Shown piece after piece: positions 45,314 through 54,557 of a DNA stretch of 64,000 nt. The DNA is from Actinomycetes bacterium (GTDB lineage: Bacteria > Actinomycetota > Acidimicrobiia > Acidimicrobiales > Bog-793), in NCBI GenBank assembly GCA_021838945.1, contig JAKCCH010000003.1, forward strand, positions 792 to 64,791. The letters are read 5' to 3'. The translations under genes and the position numbers were made by a program. How positions within the stretch are numbered: the first letter of the stretch is position 1; every line of letters begins with the position of its first letter. A model generated the notes under the pieces. It did no database searches. It had not been told where the DNA came from and was given only the letters and a program-made list of their open reading frames with translations.

Positions 45314-46975
45314 CTAGCTCGCCTCGCCTCCGGTCTCACCGACCCCTGTCTCGTCGAGCGCGCTCGTGTCGCCGCCACTCGCGACGACAGGCGTCGCTCC
45401 GCTCGCCGGCTCGCCCGCCTCGGCTCCGGTCGGCTGATCCTCGTCAGCCGTCCCGGACTCCTCGACCCGGGCGAACCCTGCCTTCACTTCCTCGATCGCC
45501 TTGTCGATGGCACCTTCGTCTGCGAGCTTGCCGGTCTTTTTGATCTGATCGAGCAGGTCGGCGTGGTTCGCCCGCATGTGTGCCCGCAACTCCCTCTCGA
45601 AACGGCGCACGTCGTCGACCGCGATGTCGTCCACATGGCCGTGCGTCCCGGCGAAGATGACGACGACCTGCTCCTCCACCGGGATCGGGTCGTTGAGCCC
45701 CTGCTTCAAGAGCTCGGTGAGGCGGTAGCCGCGGTCGAGCTGCGCCTGGGAGACCTTGTCGAGCTCCGACCCGAACGTCGCGAACGCCTCGAGCTCGCGG
45801 AACTGGGCGAGGTCGATCTTGAGGGTCCCCGAGACGTCGCGCATCGCCCGCACCTGAGCGGCGCCGCCCACCCGGGAGACCGAGTTGCCGACGTTGATGG
45901 CAGGGCGGACGCCCGAGTAGAAGAGGTCGGTCTCGAGGAAGACCTGGCCGTCGGTGATGGAGATGACGTTGGTGGGGATGTAGGCGGAGATGTCGCCGGC
46001 TTTCGTCTCGATGATGGGGAGCGCCGTCAGGGAGCCGCCGCCCATCTCGTCCGACAGCTTCGCCGCCCGTTCGAGGAGCCGGCTGTGGAGGTAGAAGACG
46101 TCGCCTGGATAGGCCTCACGGCCGGGAGGCCTGCGCAGCAGGAGCGACAGCTGGCGGTACGCCTCGGCCTGCTTGGAGAGGTCGTCGTACACGATGAGCG
46201 CGTGCTCGCCGCCCTCCATCCAGTGCTGGCCCATCGCACAACCGGCATAGGGGGCGAGGTACTTGAAGGGTGCGGGCTCGGATGCCGGTGCCGCAACGAT
46301 GACGGTGTACTCGAGGGCGCCGTGCTCCGCGAGCGTGGCAACGGTCTGCGCGACGGTCGACCCCTTCTGGCCGATGGCGACGTAGATGCACTTCACGCCC
46401 TCTCCGCGCTGGTTGATGATCGAGTCGACGACGACGGTCGTCTTCCCCGTCTTGCGGTCGCCGATGATGAGCTCGCGCTGGCCGCGTCCGATCGGCGTCA
46501 TGGCGTCGATGGCCTTGATGCCGGTCTGGAGCGGCTCTTTCACCGGCTGGCGCTTCACGATGCCCGGCGCCTGGATCTCGAGCCGGCGATCGGCGACGTT
46601 CGAGAGGGGGCCCTTGCCGTCGATCGGCTGACCGAGCGGGTTCACGACGCGCCCGAGCAAGCCGTCGCCGACGGGCACCGAGAGGATGCGTCCCGTCGCC
46701 CGCACCACCTGTCCCTCTTCGAGGGAGTCGACGGATCCGAGCACGACCGCGCCGATGGTCTCCTCGTCGAGGTTGAGGGCGAGGCCGACGGTGCCGTCCT
46801 CGAACTCGAGCAGCTCGTTCACCTGCGCATTCGGCAGCCCGGTGACCCGCGCGATCCCGTCGCCGACTTCGGCGATGCGCCCTACCTGCTCCGCCTTCAC
46901 CTCGGGCGTGAAGTCGGAGATGTGGCGCTGGAGCGCCGCTTCGATGTCGTCTGGGGAGATCAGGAGCTCTGACAT
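45314..46975 (-). CDS. atpA: F-type ATP synthase alpha subunit (with an acidic C-terminal extension of about 50 aa)
   Basis: 553 aa with Walker [10 protein letters not shown]. The conserved body ends near ...AIEEVKAGF and is followed by [52 protein letters not shown]. Confidence 0.97.
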   Translation of the reverse strand: MSELLISPDDIEAALQRHISDFTPEVKAEQVGRIAEVGDGIARVTGLPNAQVNELLEFEDGTVGLALNLDEETIGAVVLGSVDSLEEGQVVRATGRILSVPVGDGLLGRVVNPLGQPIDGKGPLSNVADRRLEIQAPGIVKRQPVKEPLQTGIKAIDAMTPIGRGQRELIIGDRKTGKTTVVVDSIINQRGEGVKCIYVAIGQKGSTVAQTVATLAEHGALEYTVIVAAPASEPAPFKYLAPYAGCAMGQHWMEGGEHALIVYDDLSKQAEAYRQLSLLLRRPPGREAYPGDVFYLHSRLLERAAKLSDEMGGGSLTALPIIETKAGDISAYIPTNVISITDGQVFLETDLFYSGVRPAINVGNSVSRVGGAAQVRAMRDVSGTLKIDLAQFRELEAFATFGSELDKVSQAQLDRGYRLTELLKQGLNDPIPVEEQVVVIFAGTHGHVDDIAVDDVRRFERELRAHMRANHADLLDQIKKTGKLADEGAIDKAIEEVKAGFARVEESGTADEDQPTGAEAGEPASGATPVVASGGDTSALDETGVGETGGEAS

Positions 46976-47044
46976 TGGCTGGTGTTCCTTGTCGGTCGGA
47001 ATGGACGGTCGATCGTCAGGTCTGTTCGTCTGTCTCTTTGATGA

Positions 47045-47950
47045 TCAGGTCGTCGGCTGGACGAGCACGTCGCGAAGCTGGTCGAGCCGGTGGCGGAGCG
47101 TGCCGTCGATCACCGTGTCCCCGACCGAGACCCCGATGCCGCCGAGGACGGAGGGGTCGAGGACGACGCGTAGCTCGATGTTCCGCCGGGTTCTGCGAGA
47201 GAGGGCTCGCGTCAGGCGGTCCCTCTCATCGTCGTCGAGCTCGACCGCGGCCCGCACCTCGGCCACACGCCGCCCACGCTCGAAGGCCGCCAGCTCGACG
47301 AGGTAGTCAAGGGCGCCAACGAGGTCGCGGGCACGTCCGCAGCGGACGACGTACTGGGTGAGCTGGAGCGTCTCGGGCCGGACCTTCCCCGAGAGCAGCG
47401 ACTCGAGCACGGCCAAGCGCTCTGCCAACGGCGTCTGCGGGTTCCCGAGCGCCCCCCGCAGGTCCGGGTACTGCTCGCTCACGCGAGCGAAACGGAACAG
47501 CTCGTCCTCGATCTCGTCCACCTCCTCCTGGTCCTCGAGGCATTCGAAGGTCCGCTCGGCGAAGCCGCGCAAGCGCTCCAGCGCACCCGAGCGGCCGATC
47601 GGCGGTTCGGCCACCACGTGGCTGCCCGCCTCCGCCCGGTGTGACCGGTCGGCTGCGAGGTTGGCGAGCTGCTCGTACGTCTTCGGCAACTCGGTCGCCC
47701 GTTCGTAGATCACGGGGAACGTAGCGAGCGCGACGACCTCCGGGCGGGCTCGGGACTCGAGCAGGTCGACGAGCACGTCGGCTCGTGCCGAGCTCTGGAT
47801 GGAGCCATCCGTCAGTGCGAACCGGAGCCGGTCCGAGGCGACGACGAGCCGGGTGAGCGCGTCGAGGTTGGAGACGACCTCGCCGAGGGCGTCGTCCCGA
47901 TCCGCCGCGTCGAAGACCGCGGCGGCGTAGCCCCGGACGAGCTCGAGCAT
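47045..47950 (-). CDS. atpH: F-type ATP synthase delta (OSCP) subunit, 301 aa with a duplicated N-terminal domain
   Basis: The C-terminal 180 aa or so form a full delta (…VLDPSVLGGIGVSVGDTVIDGTLRHRLDQL). Residues 1-100 or so align by eye with residues 120-220 or so (LELVRGYAAAVFD.. versus LERLRGFAERTFE..). Confidence 0.9.
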   Translation of the reverse strand: MLELVRGYAAAVFDAADRDDALGEVVSNLDALTRLVVASDRLRFALTDGSIQSSARADVLVDLLESRARPEVVALATFPVIYERATELPKTYEQLANLAADRSHRAEAGSHVVAEPPIGRSGALERLRGFAERTFECLEDQEEVDEIEDELFRFARVSEQYPDLRGALGNPQTPLAERLAVLESLLSGKVRPETLQLTQYVVRCGRARDLVGALDYLVELAAFERGRRVAEVRAAVELDDDERDRLTRALSRRTRRNIELRVVLDPSVLGGIGVSVGDTVIDGTLRHRLDQLRDVLVQPTT

Positions 47951-48492
47951 CAGGCGCCGTTCCCGCTCGACTGGGCGGCCGCGATGGCCTCGTCGACGAG
48001 CGCACGGTGCCGCTCGTCGTCGAGCCCGGCACCGACGACGCGCTCGGCCGCTCGCAGGACCAGGTCGCCGACCTGGTTCATGACCTCGTCCCGGGCGCGC
48101 TGGCGCTCGAGCTCGATCTCGGACTGTGCCGAGGCGACGAGCCGTTCGTACTCGTCCTGGCCGCGCCGGCGGCCCTCTTCCCTCATCTGGTCTGCCAGCT
48201 GGCTCGCCTGATCCACGATCTGCCGGGCCTCGTTGCGAGCCGCCTCGAGCGCCTCACGACGCTGCTGCGCCAGCTCTCCCGCCTCGCGACGTGCTTCCTC
48301 GGCGGCCTGGATGGCGTTGCGGATGGAGCCCTCACGCTCGCTCATCGCCTTGCGCAGCGGTGGCAGCACGTACTTCGCGATGAAGCCGAGCACGAGCAGG
48401 AACGCGATCAGCTCCAGGACGAACGTGAAGTTCGGCAAGAGGAACAGGCTCGCGACCATCGTGTGGGCAGCGGGTCCGATCACACCAAGCAT
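47950..48492 (-). CDS. atpF: F-type ATP synthase subunit b
   Basis: 180 aa with one N-terminal TM helix followed by a long charged helix (…LRKAMSEREGSIRNAIQAAEEARREAGELAQQRREALEAAR…). Confidence 0.93.
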   Translation of the reverse strand: MLGVIGPAAHTMVASLFLLPNFTFVLELIAFLLVLGFIAKYVLPPLRKAMSEREGSIRNAIQAAEEARREAGELAQQRREALEAARNEARQIVDQASQLADQMREEGRRRGQDEYERLVASAQSEIELERQRARDEVMNQVGDLVLRAAERVVGAGLDDERHRALVDEAIAAAQSSGNGA

Positions 48493-48506
48493 CGGTGCGG
48501 CCTCGC

Positions 48507-48782
<276 letters not shown>

Positions 48783-48844
48783 TCATCTCCTGGTGTTGGT
48801 AGGGACGAGTGAGAGAAGCGGGTGAGCACCTCGGCGCGCGGTGC

Positions 48845-49579
48845 TCAGTGACCTCCGGATATCGCCGAGTCGAAGTACAAGAGCGTGAGCAGGGTGAAGA
48901 TGAAGGCCTGGACCGGGCCGACGAAGAGGCCGTCGAACAGCTTCCAGATGAAGTCGAGCAGTGGGATCGGGAGGACGAACTTCGCCGGCATGTCGGCGAT
49001 GAGGACCAGCATGATGCCACCGGCGAAGATGTTGCCGAAGAGCCGGAGGGCGAGCGTGAGGGGCTTCGCGATCTCCTCGACGACGTTGATGAGGAAGAAG
49101 GCCGGGTTCGGCTTCAGGTAGTGCGAGATGTAGCTGCGGAGGCCGCTCTTCCTGATCCAGGTGATGTGGACGAGGACGATCACGAGGATCGCGAGCGCAG
49201 CCGTCAGGTTGATGTCGCCTGTCGGCGCCGGGAGCAGCTGGTGATGACCGGGATAGGTCGTCGGGAGCATCTCGAGCCAGTTGCACAGCAGGATGAAGAT
49301 GAACAGCGTCACGCAGAGCGGGATGACGAAGAAGCCGCGCTCGCCCATGGTCGAGCGCACCTGGTTTTCGACGGCTCCGACGATCGTCTCGAACGCGAGC
49401 TGCAGCTTGCCCGGCACGCCGGAGGTGATCTTGGCCCGCAGCCAGAGGCCGAGCCCGACGATGATCAGCCCGGCGATGCCGACGCTCACGAGGTCGTCGA
49501 TGTTGATGGTGAGCCCGAACAGCTTCCCCGTGATGTGGTCGCCGACGGGGACGCTGATCGCGAGGATTCCACCGCTCAC
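48845..49579 (-). CDS. atpB: F-type ATP synthase subunit a
   Basis: 244 aa with a GTG start (GTGA overlap with the atpI stop). The conserved Arg region is LALRLFGNIFAGGIM. Confidence 0.95.
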   Translation of the reverse strand: MSGGILAISVPVGDHITGKLFGLTINIDDLVSVGIAGLIIVGLGLWLRAKITSGVPGKLQLAFETIVGAVENQVRSTMGERGFFVIPLCVTLFIFILLCNWLEMLPTTYPGHHQLLPAPTGDINLTAALAILVIVLVHITWIRKSGLRSYISHYLKPNPAFFLINVVEEIAKPLTLALRLFGNIFAGGIMLVLIADMPAKFVLPIPLLDFIWKLFDGLFVGPVQAFIFTLLTLLYFDSAISGGH

Positions 49580-49995
49580 GCCGTGGCACCCCGCTGGCGT
49601 ACGACGCTGACGATGAGGTTCACGAGGAACAGGAGGTAGAAGACGGCGATCCCGGCGACGGCACCGAGGCCGAGCGCCGTGACGAAGACGGCGAGCGCGA
49701 TCACGACGACCGTGGTGGCAGCAAGCCGTGCGAGGGTGAGCGAGGCGAGTGCACGAAGCGGCCTCGCGATCTTGGACTTGCTGACGCGAGCCGTCTGGAG
49801 GGTCACGAGGCGGATGTTGGCGAGGCCGAGCCCGAGCCCGATCACGAGTCCCCAGCCGAAGACGGCGGCGCCGAGGGCGGCGGCCGCGACGAGGCCGACC
49901 CCCGCCGCGACGAGCGCCGAGAGCGCCGTCCTGCGCAGCACGCGGGTCAATTCAGGCAGGGAGAACTGCTCGAGCAGGGCTGTCAGTGAGTTCAT
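49576..49995 (-). CDS. atpI: ATP synthase protein I (AtpI-like hydrophobic protein)
   Basis: Track ORF 49576-50019 begins at a TTG. I prefer the ATG at 49995 (MNSLTALLEQ...), which is preceded by GAGGAAG. Four hydrophobic segments, in the standard position upstream of atpB. Confidence 0.7.
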   Translation of the reverse strand: MNSLTALLEQFSLPELTRVLRRTALSALVAAGVGLVAAAALGAAVFGWGLVIGLGLGLANIRLVTLQTARVSKSKIARPLRALASLTLARLAATTVVVIALAVFVTALGLGAVAGIAVFYLLFLVNLIVSVVRQRGATA

Positions 49996-50068
49996 GTCCC
50001 GGTCGTCGCTTCCTCGCAACGGGGCCGCCCGAGTCCCTCTCCGACCGGCCGGCCACGCTGCTGGCTCG

Positions 50069-50314
50069 TTACGTGTACTTCCTGAGCTGAGCGCGGAGCA
50101 GCGCCGCCGCGCCCACGATGCCGGCGGCGAGCCCGACGAAAGTGAACACCAAGCTCAAGCCGACCGCAGCTCCGACCGCGTATCCGAGACCCATCCCGGC
50201 GACGAGGCAGGCTGCGATGGAAAGACCCATCCCGAGCAGCACAAAAGGGCTCGGCGAGGGCTTGCCGCTCGCTTCCGTGTCTCTATCCTCGCATCGGAGG
50301 ATGGTGCCGGGCAA
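50069..50314 (-). CDS. AtpZ/AtpI-family small membrane protein (ATPase_gene1-like), start uncertain
   Basis: The C-terminal part of track ORF 50069-50773 reads ...KPSPSPFVLLGMGLSIAACLVAGMGLGYAVGAAVGLSLVFTFVGLAAGIVGAAALLRAQLRKYT, two TM helices. Candidate starts are the TTG at 50314 or the internal GTG/ATG. None has a clear ribosome-binding site. Confidence 0.4.
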   Translation of the reverse strand: MPGTILRCEDRDTEASGKPSPSPFVLLGMGLSIAACLVAGMGLGYAVGAAVGLSLVFTFVGLAAGIVGAAALLRAQLRKYT

Positions 50315-51734
50315 AACGGCGCCGGTGTGCCCGCCGGTAGCTCTCCATCTGCTCGTCGTGGGCACCTCCGTCGTAGCCGTTGCCGTCATGGCCCGGTGCA
50401 CGGCCGCCGAGGACGGCGACTTCCTCGTCCTCCGGCTCGAGCTCGGGATGGGCTGCACGCGCGCGTCCCACCTGAGCTGGCATGTTGTCGGCCGGCAAGC
50501 CCGCGAGGCCGTCGAGGCCATGAGCCTCCGGTGACAGCTCGCCGCCGGAGGCGGTTGCGGCTGCGACACCGGGCTCGGGCGGGAACGGCCCGACGCCGCT
50601 CGGTAGCGCACCCCTCGAGTGCCTGCCGACACCGGGGCGGAAGATCGTGACGAGCGCGATGGCGAGGATCGCGACGGCAAAGGGCAGCGCGGCGTTCCAC
50701 TTCGGATAGAAGGTCGGGTACAGCGCGAGGCCCGAGAGGACCAGTGTCCACGCCCAGAGGAGCAAGACGGCACGCCGATGGCCGTGGCCGAGCCGCATGA
50801 GGCGGTAGTGCAGGTGCTCGAGGTCCCGCTCCATGACTCCCGTGCGGCGGATCGCCCGGCGGACGATGGCGAGGGCGGTGTCGAGGATCGGGACCGCGAG
50901 GATCACGATCGGCACGACGAGGGGGGCGAGGAAGAAGTACGTCGTGCCCGACACGACGTAGGAGGCCTGGCCACCGATCTCCATCGTGGCGGCGGCCATG
51001 AGCAGCCCGAGGACCATGGCGCCGGTGTCGCCCATGAACACCTTCGCCCGGTGGAAGTTGTGCGGAAGGAAGCCGATGGAGATCCCGCAGCACGCCGCCG
51101 CCAGCAGCGGACCGATGTTGTTCGGCGCCAGCGCGCCGAGGTCGATCAGCCGGATCCCGTAGACGCACAGAGTGCCGGACCCGATCGCGACGACGCCGGC
51201 GGCGAGCCCGTCGAGCCCGTCGATGAGGTTCACCGCGTTCGCGATCCCGACGACCCAGAGCGCCGTCACGAGCGGCAGGATCGGCGCACCGAGGACGAAG
51301 TAACTGGAGACGAACGGGATCTTGATCTGGGTCATGGTCACCCCGAAGAAGTACAGGACCATGGCCGCCAGCACCTGGCCGGCGACCTTGGCCGGCGGTG
51401 AGACCGATCGGATGTCGTCGATGAGGCCGAGCAGGCCGATGACGGCCGCCGCTGCCACCACCCCGACGATCCCCGTCAGGTTGAGCGAGAAGATGGAGTG
51501 GCCGACTGCATAGCGGGACAGGCCGAGCGGGCCGGCGAGGAGGACGGCGATCGCGAAACCGAGCACCATCGCAACACCGCCCGCCGTCGGCGTCGGCTGG
51601 GTGTGCACCCGGGCAGGGTCCGGTTGGACGACGAGGCCCCGACCGAGCGCGATCCTGCGGACGAGCCATGTGAGCGCGAACGTCGAGACGGCCGCGATGG
51701 CGCCTACAGCGACGGAGCTGACCTCCGGGCTCAC
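50283..51734 (-). CDS. wecA: UDP-GlcNAc:undecaprenyl-phosphate GlcNAc-1-phosphate transferase (GT4 / MraY-WecA family)
   Basis: 483 aa with a GTG start. Motifs are GLIDDIRSVSP, NAVNLIDGLDGLAAG and FMGDTGAM. Its position upstream of the atp operon matches rfe in mycobacteria. It carries a low-complexity C-terminal tail of about 100 aa. Confidence 0.88.
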   Translation of the reverse strand: MSPEVSSVAVGAIAAVSTFALTWLVRRIALGRGLVVQPDPARVHTQPTPTAGGVAMVLGFAIAVLLAGPLGLSRYAVGHSIFSLNLTGIVGVVAAAAVIGLLGLIDDIRSVSPPAKVAGQVLAAMVLYFFGVTMTQIKIPFVSSYFVLGAPILPLVTALWVVGIANAVNLIDGLDGLAAGVVAIGSGTLCVYGIRLIDLGALAPNNIGPLLAAACCGISIGFLPHNFHRAKVFMGDTGAMVLGLLMAAATMEIGGQASYVVSGTTYFFLAPLVVPIVILAVPILDTALAIVRRAIRRTGVMERDLEHLHYRLMRLGHGHRRAVLLLWAWTLVLSGLALYPTFYPKWNAALPFAVAILAIALVTIFRPGVGRHSRGALPSGVGPFPPEPGVAAATASGGELSPEAHGLDGLAGLPADNMPAQVGRARAAHPELEPEDEEVAVLGGRAPGHDGNGYDGGAHDEQMESYRRAHRRRFARHHPPMRG

Positions 51735-51746
51735 CGGACCGCCCGA

Positions 51747-53093
51747 TCAGGCGACGGCAGGGCCGTCCGGATGGGGGCCGTCCGGGTAGGGGCCGTCCGG
51801 GTAGGGGTCGAAGGCGGCACAGAGCTCCGTTACCTCGCCGCGCACCCCGGTGATCACGCCTTCGTCCTCGCGGCCACGGAGGGTGCGGGCGATCAGCGAC
51901 GCGACCTCGACCATCTGGGGCTCACGCATGCCGGCCGTCGTCTCGGCTGCGGTGCCGAGCCGGAGACCGCTCGTCACGAAGGGCGGCCGCGGGTCGTTCG
52001 GGATCTGGTTGCGGTTGCACGTGATCCCGGCACGGTCGAGGGCGTCCTGAGCGACCTTCCCGGTGAGATCCGGGTCGAAGTCCCGGAGGTCCACGAGGAG
52101 GAGGTGGTTGTCGGTTCCCCCGGCGACGAGGCGGAATCCCTGCTCCTGCAAGGCGTCGGCGAAGGCACGGGCGTTCGCCCGGACCTGCTTGGCGTACTCC
52201 TTGAACTCGGGCCGGGCGGCCTCGGCGAAGGCGACCGCCTTGGCTGCGATCGTGTGCATGAGCGGACCGCCCTGCAAGCCGGGGAAGATGGCCGAGTCGA
52301 ACGACCTCCCCAGCTCCTCGGAGGTGAGGATGGCGCCGCCGCGAGGACCGCGGAGCGTCTTGTGGGTGGTCAGGGTCACGACATCCGCGATACCCACTGG
52401 ACTCGGATGCTCCCCGGCGGCGACGAGGCCGGCCGGGTGGGCGGCGTCGAACATGAACCTCGCCCCGACATCGTCGGCGATCTCACGGAAGGGAGCAGGA
52501 TCGATGGTGCGCGAGTAGGCCGTGGTGCCGGCGACGATGAGGCGGGGACGTTCACGTTTCGCCAGGTCACGGACCTGATCGAGATCGATCCGCTCGCCGC
52601 TGCCGTCGGCTTCGGCAGGTGTCACCCCGTAGGCGACGAATCGGTACATCTTGCCGGTGATGCTCACCGGCGACCCGTGGGTGAGGTGGCCGCCCTGGTC
52701 GAGGCGCATCGCGAGGATCGTGTCGCCGGGGTCTACGAGCGCAAGGTAGGCGCCGAGGTTGGCGGAGGCGCCGGCGTGGGGTTGGACGTTGGCGTGCTCG
52801 GCACCGAACAGCGACTTCGCCCGCTCTCTCGCGAGCGTCTCGACCTCGTCGGCATAGATGTTGCCCCCGTAGTACCGCTTTCCTGGGTAGCCCTCCGAGT
52901 ACTTGTTCGTGAGGACCGATGCCGATGCCGCCATGACCGCGAAAGACGTGAAGTTCTCCGAAGCGATGAGCTGCAACGTCGTCCGTTGGCGGTGCAGCTC
53001 CCTTCCCAGGATCGCTTGCACCTCCGCATCCGACGCGAGCACCCCGGAGGCAACGAAGGCGAGCGGGGACGCGCCGCGCGAAGCCGGTGTCAT
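51747..53093 (-). CDS. glyA: Serine hydroxymethyltransferase
   Basis: Track ORF trimmed to the ATG at 53093. Motifs are LIASENFTSFAVMAA, YSEGYPGKRYYGG and PLP-Lys TTHKTLRGPRGG. The C-terminus ends in PYPDGPYPDGPHPDGPAVA. Confidence 0.95.
   Translation of the reverse strand: MTPASRGASPLAFVASGVLASDAEVQAILGRELHRQRTTLQLIASENFTSFAVMAASASVLTNKYSEGYPGKRYYGGNIYADEVETLARERAKSLFGAEHANVQPHAGASANLGAYLALVDPGDTILAMRLDQGGHLTHGSPVSITGKMYRFVAYGVTPAEADGSGERIDLDQVRDLAKRERPRLIVAGTTAYSRTIDPAPFREIADDVGARFMFDAAHPAGLVAAGEHPSPVGIADVVTLTTHKTLRGPRGGAILTSEELGRSFDSAIFPGLQGGPLMHTIAAKAVAFAEAARPEFKEYAKQVRANARAFADALQEQGFRLVAGGTDNHLLLVDLRDFDPDLTGKVAQDALDRAGITCNRNQIPNDPRPPFVTSGLRLGTAAETTAGMREPQMVEVASLIARTLRGREDEGVITGVRGEVTELCAAFDPYPDGPYPDGPHPDGPAVA
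51761..51805. repeat. 15-bp in-frame tandem repeat (3 copies) at the 3' end of glyA
   Basis: GGCCGTCCGGATGGG, GGCCGTCCGGGTAGG and GGCCGTCCGGGTAGG are contiguous. They encode the PYPDG/PHPDG tail on the minus strand. Confidence 0.85.
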
Positions 53094-53103
53094 CGGTCGG
53101 AGT

Positions 53104-53730
53104 CTACCGATCGGGTCCTGTCGCCGAAAAAGGTGCGCCTCCGCCGAGCTCCTCCAGCAGCGCTTGCCCGGCAAGGGCTCCCTCACGCATCACGAGAGCC
53201 TCCTCCGAGACAAGGGAGATGACGGTGGACGGCGAGCCGTCGCACGTGCCGCCGTCGACCACGAGCTCGACGTTCGGCCCGAGCCGGTCGCGCACCTCGG
53301 CAGCCGTGTGGGCAGGCGCACCGCCGTGGGGATTGGCGCTCGTGACGGCGAGCGGTCCTGTGCGACGCAGGATCGCCCTCGCCACGAGATGGTCGGGACA
53401 GCGGAGCCCGACCGTGTTCGGGTCGCCACCGAGGTCGAGCAGGACACCCGGCGCTCGGCGCAACACGAGTGTGAGCGGCCCCGGCCAATGGTGCTCGATG
53501 AGGCGGCGAGCCCGGTCATCGAGCTCTGCGAGCGCTCCTGCATCGCCGGGCTCCCCGATCAGCACGGGGAGCGCAACCGACTCCGGGCGACCCTTCACCT
53601 CGAAGATGCGGCGAGACGCTCCGGGGAGGCGCGCATCGGCGCCGATCCCGTAGACCGTGTCCGTCGGGATCCCGATCACGGCGCCCCGGGCTACTGCTTC
53701 CACGGCCCGGTCGAGTGCTTTTGCCGTCAT
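53104..53730 (-). CDS. tsaC: L-threonylcarbamoyladenylate synthase (TsaC/YrdC-type, short form)
   Basis: Track ORF 53104-54249 trimmed to the ATG at 53730 (MTAKALDRAVEAVARGAVIGIPTDTVYGIGADA...KGRPESVALPVLI...WPGPLTLVL...SANPHGG). Confidence 0.9.
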   Translation of the reverse strand: MTAKALDRAVEAVARGAVIGIPTDTVYGIGADARLPGASRRIFEVKGRPESVALPVLIGEPGDAGALAELDDRARRLIEHHWPGPLTLVLRRAPGVLLDLGGDPNTVGLRCPDHLVARAILRRTGPLAVTSANPHGGAPAHTAAEVRDRLGPNVELVVDGGTCDGSPSTVISLVSEEALVMREGALAGQALLEELGGGAPFSATGPDR

Positions 53731-54557
53731 CAACGCTCCGCCACCAGCACCCGCGGCCGGCCGGCGAGGTCGTCGTGCACCCGCGCCATGCGGAAGCCTG
53801 TCCGGGCGGCCAGGTCCATCACGGCCTCCCTCTGATGCGGAGCGATCTCGAGCACGAGGGCTCCGCCCCGAGCGAGCCACTCGGGCGCACCGGTGATCAG
53901 GTGCTCGAGGCACTCGAGCCCGCTCGGCCCGGCGATGAGGGCGCGGTGCGGGTCGTGGTCGCGGACGACGGCGTCGAGCATCGCCAGCTCCGCCTCGGCC
54001 AGGTACGGGGGGTTCGACACGATCAGGTCGAGCCGCCCTCCGGCCTCCGGAGGCAGCGCTTCGAACCAGTCCCCCTTCACGAGCTCGACACGGCCACCGG
54101 TCTTCGTCCGCTCCACGTTCTCCCTCGCCAGCGCGAGCGCGTCGGCAGACGCCTCCGCGGCAAGGATGTGCACGTCGAGCCGAGGGTCCAGCTCGTCGGC
54201 GAGCGCGCAGGCGATGGCGCCCGAGCCCGTGCCGAGATCGGCGATCCACAACGCGCCCGCCACGCGCAACCGTCGGAGGTGAGCGAGGGCGAGGTCGACG
54301 ACGGTCTCCGTTTCTGGTCTCGGGACAAGGGCGCGGCCATCCGTCACGACGTCCAGCCGCCGGAACCCCCAGTGACCGAGGACGTGCTGCAGCGGCTCGC
54401 CTGCCATCCGACGCAGGGCGAGAGCAGTGGCCCGCACCTCGTCACCCCCCACCTCCTCGACGATCCAGCGAGCTTCCCGCGCGCTGCCGACGAGCTTCTC
54501 GACCTCGCGGGCGAGCAGGCGGCGCTCAGGCGCTCTGGAGCTGGCGGATCCGCTCAT
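53730..54557 (-). CDS. prmC: Release-factor glutamine N5-methyltransferase
   Basis: Trimmed to the ATG at 54557, which overlaps the prfA 3' end by 32 nt. SAM motif DLGTGSGAIA and catalytic NPPY. The start is uncertain. Confidence 0.88.
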   Translation of the reverse strand: MSGSASSRAPERRLLAREVEKLVGSAREARWIVEEVGGDEVRATALALRRMAGEPLQHVLGHWGFRRLDVVTDGRALVPRPETETVVDLALAHLRRLRVAGALWIADLGTGSGAIACALADELDPRLDVHILAAEASADALALARENVERTKTGGRVELVKGDWFEALPPEAGGRLDLIVSNPPYLAEAELAMLDAVVRDHDPHRALIAGPSGLECLEHLITGAPEWLARGGALVLEIAPHQREAVMDLAARTGFRMARVHDDLAGRPRVLVAER

